A stretch of DNA of 55,754 bases, from NCBI GenBank assembly GCA_023247215.1, contig JAHFGX010000003.1:1-55754 (forward strand). The letters are read 5' to 3'. Below the pieces are notes generated by a model. The model searched no databases and was not told where the DNA came from. It saw only the letters and a program-made list of their open reading frames with translations. Source of the stretch: Candidatus Omnitrophota bacterium (GTDB lineage: Bacteria; Omnitrophota; Gorgyraeia; Aquiviventales; Aquiviventaceae). Positions 50,183 through 55,754 of the stretch are shown in pieces (within the stretch, counting starts at the first letter, position 1; every line of letters starts with the position of its first letter). The position numbers and the translations under genes are program-made.

Positions 50183-51759
50183 TGGAGGGTGGGCGAAGTG
50201 CTCGACCGGCCCAAATCTCGTGGGCGCAATGGGGAGCGTGGGGAGCATTTGCCGCATTCGCGGTCTTGTGGGCGGCTCGCTGGGCGACATTCCCCTTGGT
50301 CTTGGATCCCTACTATCATTTGTTGATCGCGCGGCAAGTCGCGGCTGCTGGGGGGCCAATCGCCTATGAATGGTGGCAAGATGCCCCGTCCGGCCGCCTC
50401 CATCTTTACCCGCCGCTCCTGCACGTGCTGCTGGCGAGCGGGTTGAAACTGGGATGTTCTGGGCTAACCGTCTTGCGGCTCGCCAGTATCACATTGGTGC
50501 TTGGGCTGATATGGAGATTGGCTCGATTCATGCAACGAATGCTGGATGATCGCGCGGCGGTGCTCGCCCTGTGCCTGGTCTGGGTGCCGTTTTCATTTCT
50601 TCTGCATGCGGCGGTGACATTGGCAGCCACTTTGGGGCTCATTGAACTGCTCTGGTACCTGGAAGCTCTTCAGAAGGGAAGGGTGCTCGCCGCGGGTGGG
50701 TTGTTTGGGTTGTTGTGGTATACCCATCTGGGTTTGCCATGGGTGGCGCTCGCCGCGACCTGCGCGTATGGATGGGTTCGACTCGATCTTCGCTGGCGGT
50801 TTGCGCAGGCCATCGGGTTGGGGATTGTGTTGGCTGCGCCGTGGTGGTGGCACCTTGCCACCCATGCGTTATGGCTGCATCCGATCCCGCGATTGGAGAA
50901 TGAACAGTTAGACTTCTCTTTACCGTTGCTCGTCCTCGCAGCTGCTGGGGTGGTCATGGGCTGGAAGGACGGGCGGGCGAGTCGCCTGCTGGTTTGCTGT
51001 TGGGCGGCGTTTGCCCTGTACGGGACGACCTATTGGTATCGATGGTGGAACGGCGAGGGCATGATGCCGTTGCTCTTGCTGGCAACCAGGGGTCTATGGG
51101 GGATTGGGCAATGGTGGCAGGCGCATGTCCGGCGTCCATCAGCGCCGGTTATCCAGATGATCTGCGTGCTGGGGTGCCTGGTATGGCCGACGCTGGTTCT
51201 CGAGCCCCATCAGGCCGCGGCCGGCGTGCCGGTGCGGGAATGGAACTGGCGATGGGCCGATACGGGCATGTTCCATCTTGTGGGATGGCCTGGCACGACG
51301 CCCAAGCCGTTAGACGTGAGCTTGGCGACGCCCGAAATGGAAAGGTTGGCGTCGCTGGTGGCGCGCGCGAGCCGGCCGGGAGAGATTCTGTGGTCCAATG
51401 CGGACTACGCCGGCGGCTTGGTGGCCGCCCTTGCCGACCGGCCGATGGCCTCCGCGATGTTTTCCGAAGTGGCCGCGTCGGTCATCGCGGATCCCGTTGC
51501 CGCCGCGCATTGGATTGTGTGGTTTAAATTGCCTGAGGCGGGGAGCGAGCACCGCCTGCGCGCGCTGGTCCAGCGGTATGGCTTGGCGCTGGCGGCCGAT
51601 ACGGACCTCGCGCTGGTCTTTCGGCATCCTGGAGGGGGACGGCTGGCGGAGCGCCCGCGCGCCGTCATTCCGTTGTGGGTTTCGGGTATGTTATTATGTG
51701 TCGTGCTTAGTGGGATCATCTGGGATTTTCATCGGCCAAACCTTTGCGGGGTGGAGTGA
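50179..51759 (+). CDS. Multi-pass membrane protein, STT3/AglB-like GT-C glycosyltransferase
   Basis: DPYYH loop followed by W...PSGR...YPPLLH; many TMs; C-terminal soluble domain with ILWSNADYAG...ADRP. Confidence 0.6.
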   Translation: MMEGGRSARPAQISWAQWGAWGAFAAFAVLWAARWATFPLVLDPYYHLLIARQVAAAGGPIAYEWWQDAPSGRLHLYPPLLHVLLASGLKLGCSGLTVLRLASITLVLGLIWRLARFMQRMLDDRAAVLALCLVWVPFSFLLHAAVTLAATLGLIELLWYLEALQKGRVLAAGGLFGLLWYTHLGLPWVALAATCAYGWVRLDLRWRFAQAIGLGIVLAAPWWWHLATHALWLHPIPRLENEQLDFSLPLLVLAAAGVVMGWKDGRASRLLVCCWAAFALYGTTYWYRWWNGEGMMPLLLLATRGLWGIGQWWQAHVRRPSAPVIQMICVLGCLVWPTLVLEPHQAAAGVPVREWNWRWADTGMFHLVGWPGTTPKPLDVSLATPEMERLASLVARASRPGEILWSNADYAGGLVAALADRPMASAMFSEVAASVIADPVAAAHWIVWFKLPEAGSEHRLRALVQRYGLALAADTDLALVFRHPGGGRLAERPRAVIPLWVSGMLLCVVLSGIIWDFHRPNLCGVE

Positions 51760-51761
51760 GG

Positions 51762-53279
51762 ATGGGAACGAAGGAAATTTTTATCAGCGCGGATCAACAG
51801 GAAACGCGGGTGGCGTTAATCGAGAATAAGCGGTTGGAAGAGTTTTACGTCGAGCGGCGGGACGACCCGCGGTTGGTCGGCAGCGTGTACAAAGGCCGCG
51901 TCGCCTCCATTGTTCCAGGCATCGGCGCGGCTTTTGTGGATATCGGGTTAGAAAAGAACGGGTTTCTCTACGTGTCGGACATTGTGGATCCGCCCGAAGA
52001 GGATGCGGTATTGGAGGCGGAAGGCGAGCCGCCTCAGGCCCGGCGCGGAGGGGGGCATGGAAACCGGCGCCGCTCCCGCATTGAGGAACTGGTGAAGCCG
52101 AACCAGGAAATCTTGGTGCAGGTGGTCAAGGAGCCGTTTGGAACCAAAGGGGCGCGCTTGACGACTCATGTCAGTCTCGCAGGCCGTTATCTGGTCTTGA
52201 TGTGCAATGATTCCCGGGTGGGGATTTCCAAGCGGATCGAAGACGGGCAGGAGCGGGCGCGGCTGCGCGAGCTCTTGGGGCGGCTGCGCGTCTCCACGGA
52301 TTCCGGATTGATCATGCGGACGGCCGGGGTGGGAAAAGGCGAAAAAGAGTTTACCCGTGACGCCCGGTATCTTTCCAGCGTGTGGCAGCAGATCAAGCGG
52401 CAAGAACAGCGCACCAAGGCCCCGGTGTGCCTGCACCAGGAGTACGAGCTGGCCTCCCGCGTGATCCGCGACAGCTTCACCGAAGACGTCCACCGGATCA
52501 TGGTGGATTCCAAGGAGGAAATCAAGAAGCTGGCACGATTCTTGCGGACGCTGATGCCCGGGGTGCGGGTCCGGCTGGACTTCTACCAGGGGGAAACCCC
52601 GTTGTTTGAGCGCGAAGGATTGGATGATCAAATCGCCGCGTTGTTTGAAAAGCGGGTGTCGCTTCCTTCCGGCGGGGGTCTGGTGATCGAGCCGACTGAA
52701 GGGTTGGTGGCGATTGATGTGAACAGCGCCCGCTTTACCGGCCGCCGCAATCTGGAAGAGACGGTGTTTCAGGTCAACAAGGAAGCCGCCGTCGAGATCG
52801 CCAGGCAGCTTCGCTTGCGGGACATCGGGGGGATCGTGGTGATTGATTTCATTGACATGGAAGACCACGATCACCGGCGACAGGTGGTCCGGCTGATGGA
52901 AGATGCCCTGAGCCGTGACCGGGCGAAGACCAATTTCGTGTCTTTCTCAGAAATCTGCGTGGCGGAGCTGACCCGCCAGCGCATGCGCCGCTCCGTGGAG
53001 ACGGTCTCCCACCAGACCTGCCCCTACTGCAACGGCCGCGGTACCGTGAAATCCGTGGTGACCATGGCCATTGACGCGATCCGGCAAGCCCAGCGCGCCC
53101 TCAAGGGCACGACCGGCAAGACGTTGGAGCTCTATGTCCATCCCCACGTGGCGGTTCGCTTACTGCAGGAGGACCGGCAGAGCTTGACCGCGCTCGAGCA
53201 GCGCTTGCGCGCTCGCATCTTGGTGATGTCCGACCCCAGTCTCCACCTGGAACAGGTCAAGGCGCAACTCGGCGGGTAG
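51762..53279 (+). CDS. rng: Ribonuclease E/G family (RNase G size)
   Basis: YKGRV, AAFVDIG, VQVVKEP...KGARLT, AIDVNS, LRDIGGIVVIDFIDM, ELTRQR, CPYCNGRG. Confidence 0.93.
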   Translation: MGTKEIFISADQQETRVALIENKRLEEFYVERRDDPRLVGSVYKGRVASIVPGIGAAFVDIGLEKNGFLYVSDIVDPPEEDAVLEAEGEPPQARRGGGHGNRRRSRIEELVKPNQEILVQVVKEPFGTKGARLTTHVSLAGRYLVLMCNDSRVGISKRIEDGQERARLRELLGRLRVSTDSGLIMRTAGVGKGEKEFTRDARYLSSVWQQIKRQEQRTKAPVCLHQEYELASRVIRDSFTEDVHRIMVDSKEEIKKLARFLRTLMPGVRVRLDFYQGETPLFEREGLDDQIAALFEKRVSLPSGGGLVIEPTEGLVAIDVNSARFTGRRNLEETVFQVNKEAAVEIARQLRLRDIGGIVVIDFIDMEDHDHRRQVVRLMEDALSRDRAKTNFVSFSEICVAELTRQRMRRSVETVSHQTCPYCNGRGTVKSVVTMAIDAIRQAQRALKGTTGKTLELYVHPHVAVRLLQEDRQSLTALEQRLRARILVMSDPSLHLEQVKAQLGG

Positions 53280-53307
53280 TCCGCCGGCGCCTTATTTTCT
53301 TTTCTCC

Positions 53308-55488
53308 ATGCCAGCCTCTCCAGCTCCAACGGCGCCTTCGCCGGCACGGTGGTGGGACACGGCACTCCTCGGCTCCCTCGTTCTGTGCGTCGGGCTGGTG
53401 GCCTATCACCTGATCCGATGGCCCATTCAGGCATGGGATACCGACCTGTGGTATCACCTCAGCGGCGGCCGGTATCTGTTTGAACATTGGGCGCTCCCCC
53501 GCGACACCTACTATTCCTTCTATTCGCCGGCCCACCCCTGGGTGGATTATTACTGGCTCTTTCAAGCTCTCGTCTATCAGATCTACTCCCACTGGAATTA
53601 CGGCGGCCTGGTGGTCTTTCGAGCCAGCATGTATCTGGTGACGTGGCTGATCATCATCCGCTATCTGCTGCAAGGCTGTCGGGTGCCATCGGCAGGCGGG
53701 TGGCTCAGCTATGTGGCGGTGTTATACGGGATCATGTTGCTGCCGCGTTCTATCCTTGTTCGTCCTCACCTGCTGAGCTACTGCTTCATCGCGACCTTCA
53801 TCTACATGTTGGAATGCCGGCCACGCCAGGCGTGGGTGCTGCCTCTCTTAGCCGTTTTGTGGTGCAATTTTCACGGGATTTACTATCCAGTGCTCCTCCT
53901 CATCAGCCTCGCCTATCTTCTGGAGCATGTCTGGGAACGCGCCATCGGCCGGCCGTACGACCGCGCTCATGCGCAACGCTTCGTAGCTCCCCTGGTATTT
54001 TCCTGTCTGGCGATCTATGTGACGCCGCACGGTGCAGCGTTATTTCCGCTTCCATTTACCCCACTCATCTATACCAAGCAGACCATCGGAGAATTTTCTT
54101 CTTTCTCTTTAACCGAGGCGTTTTCCGTCTATTTTTCTCCGCGGGCACCTAATTATCACCTTGTCGTTACGTCGCTGCTGGCCTGCGGGGTGACGGCGCT
54201 GATCGTCGCGGCGATGAGCCGTCGGCTCAGGCTGGCACATATCGTGTTGTATGCGGGGGGGCTCATATTATGGACCCAGGGAGCGCGTTTTTTGAATGAG
54301 TGCCTGCTATTGACGTTGCCCTTACTTGTGTCCGCGTATGGCCGACGGCCATCGGCAGCAGTAGCTTCCGTCTCATCGGATGCCGCGTTGAAGCCGGGCC
54401 TGGCGCCAGTTCATCTAGCTCCTTGGGCTCGAAGACCGGCAGTGCTGGTCGCCATGTTGCTGCCCCTGATGTTCTTAACACGATTTTTCTCACACCGGCC
54501 CCGCTATCCGGTGTCGCCTCAAAACCTTCCAGAAGGCGTGGCGGCATTCATGCGGCAACTTCCAACTGGAGGGACCGTCTTGAACTTTCCTAACTGCGGG
54601 GGATATCTTCGGTGGATGCTGTTCCCGCAGTATCGAATCTTCATGAATTTGGAGCTGCCGCCGTTTACGGACACCGACCTCTATGGCGCGGAGGAGGCGT
54701 TTGTCAACCAAATCAGCCTGGAGCGGCTCGTGAGCCAATATGATCCGGATTTTATCGTCGCGCCGAACGTATTGCCAAATTTTCCGCGCCTGATCACCGC
54801 GTTTCCCGAATACCAATTGGTCTTCTTTGACGACGAAGAGGTGTTGTATGCCAACCGGCGACGAGTTCAGCAGATTGCGGAACGTTATGCCATCAACGGG
54901 CTCGATCCGTTTATGTTGGCAGGCCATTTGACGGTTGGAACCTCGGAGAGCGCCGATTTGGATGTCCAGGCGCTTCGGAACAATCTGCCACGCCTGTTGG
55001 AACACTATCCGGACGGTAGAATGACCAATCATCTGGCGGCCCTGATGGCGGCCCGTCGTGGCGACTATGAGACGATGCGGCGCCACGCCGAACGGATTAT
55101 TCGCGCCTTTCCTGAAATCTCAGTCGGTTATCAGTTGGAAGGGGATGCGTGGAGGGGGGGAGGAGCCTCCTCCCAGGCGCTGGCGGCCTATCATCAGGCC
55201 TTGCGTGTCGCCAGGTCGGATGAGCACGGTCCAGTGTATGAAGCCATCGCCTGGACCTATGCTCAGCAACACCGGTATCGCGAGGCCTATAAGGCATTGA
55301 GCAAGGCCGTGGACCCGCTTTCAATCGATACTCCTCCTGAAAAATTGTACGTGCTCAGCCTCTACGCGTCATGGGGAGGGAAGAGCCGTGAGGCCAAAGC
55401 GTTCTGGCAGTTCTTGTATGACTTCAGGCTGGAGCCAACGGATCCGTTACGAGAACGAATTCGTTTATTGTTGAAGGAGCCTGCCTGA
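53308..55488 (+). CDS. Multi-pass membrane protein, GT-C-like, with C-terminal TPR-like helices
   Basis: DTDLWYHLSGGRY after TM1, WLFQ, RPHLLS, LWCNFHG, NFPNCGGYLRW periplasmic domain, helical repeats. Confidence 0.6.
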   Translation: MPASPAPTAPSPARWWDTALLGSLVLCVGLVAYHLIRWPIQAWDTDLWYHLSGGRYLFEHWALPRDTYYSFYSPAHPWVDYYWLFQALVYQIYSHWNYGGLVVFRASMYLVTWLIIIRYLLQGCRVPSAGGWLSYVAVLYGIMLLPRSILVRPHLLSYCFIATFIYMLECRPRQAWVLPLLAVLWCNFHGIYYPVLLLISLAYLLEHVWERAIGRPYDRAHAQRFVAPLVFSCLAIYVTPHGAALFPLPFTPLIYTKQTIGEFSSFSLTEAFSVYFSPRAPNYHLVVTSLLACGVTALIVAAMSRRLRLAHIVLYAGGLILWTQGARFLNECLLLTLPLLVSAYGRRPSAAVASVSSDAALKPGLAPVHLAPWARRPAVLVAMLLPLMFLTRFFSHRPRYPVSPQNLPEGVAAFMRQLPTGGTVLNFPNCGGYLRWMLFPQYRIFMNLELPPFTDTDLYGAEEAFVNQISLERLVSQYDPDFIVAPNVLPNFPRLITAFPEYQLVFFDDEEVLYANRRRVQQIAERYAINGLDPFMLAGHLTVGTSESADLDVQALRNNLPRLLEHYPDGRMTNHLAALMAARRGDYETMRRHAERIIRAFPEISVGYQLEGDAWRGGGASSQALAAYHQALRVARSDEHGPVYEAIAWTYAQQHRYREAYKALSKAVDPLSIDTPPEKLYVLSLYASWGGKSREAKAFWQFLYDFRLEPTDPLRERIRLLLKEPA

Positions 55489-55523
55489 GCGGATTCCGGG
55501 CAAGCCAGCGACGGAGTTTATGG

Positions 55524-55552
55524 TTGACCGGTCGCCACTTCTTGGCTATACT
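55524..55552 (+). promoter_or_regulatory. Sigma70 promoter of rplU
   Basis: TTGACC, 17-nt spacer, TATACT. Confidence 0.7.
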
Positions 55553-55635
55553 AATAAACTCCATCGGGCCTCTTTCTGGCAATCACAACTTAACCTCCTG
55601 TACTGAAATTGGTTGGACTACATCGAGGAGTGACA

Positions 55636-55754
55636 ATGTACGCGATTGTTGAGTTGGGTGGGCGGCAATGGCGGGTCGAGCCCGGCATGCGCCTGAAGGT
55701 CAATCGGTTGCCGACGGCCATGGGCGGCCACCACGTGGTGGACCGCGTTCTCTT
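55636..55754 (+). CDS. rplU: 50S ribosomal protein L21, 5' part (truncated by window edge; not in the ORF track)
   Basis: GAGGAG Shine-Dalgarno; MYAIVELGGRQWRVEPGMRLKVNRL. Confidence 0.92.
   Translation, partial: MYAIVELGGRQWRVEPGMRLKVNRLPTAMGGHHVVDRVL

Overview
GC-rich bacterial chromosomal window. Gene content and order suggest a PVC-type bacterium such as Candidatus Omnitrophota, but that is inference and was not tested. 1-25 kb is a dense + strand housekeeping tract: peptide ABC ATPases, a CPXCG protein, a secreted glycoside-hydrolase-like gene, marC, glgC, thiG, leuB, asd, truA, rplM-rpsI, argCJBDFGH, lysA-dapF-dapA-dapB-dapL, folK-panC-panD and nadX. It is followed by a 44-aa basic ORF missing from the ORF track, a structured palindromic element, uvrA, a TPR protein, a small winged-helix protein and cutA. 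30.7-55.5 kb is a cell-surface island. It holds four soluble glycosyltransferases, a Wzx-type flippase and three different GT-C-like membrane glycosyltransferases (TMTC-like, STT3/AglB-like, and a DxWxH-type with TPRs). These surround a type IV filament operon (PilX/E/V/W-like pilins, a PilM-PilN fusion, PilO, PilP-like, secretin, PilB, PilC, two near-identical major pilins) and tRNA-Ala(CGC). The window ends in the 5' part of rplU. Best leads: (1) a c-di-GMP-I riboswitch before the pilus operon carrying a 50-nt two-hairpin insertion in P2; (2) tandem pilin paralogs whose head domains differ only by non-synonymous changes, over half involving Ser/Thr/Asn; (3) together with the glycosylation genes, a candidate c-di-GMP-controlled, glycosylated, antigenically variable pilus system. 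All calls come from reading the sequence; no searches were run.
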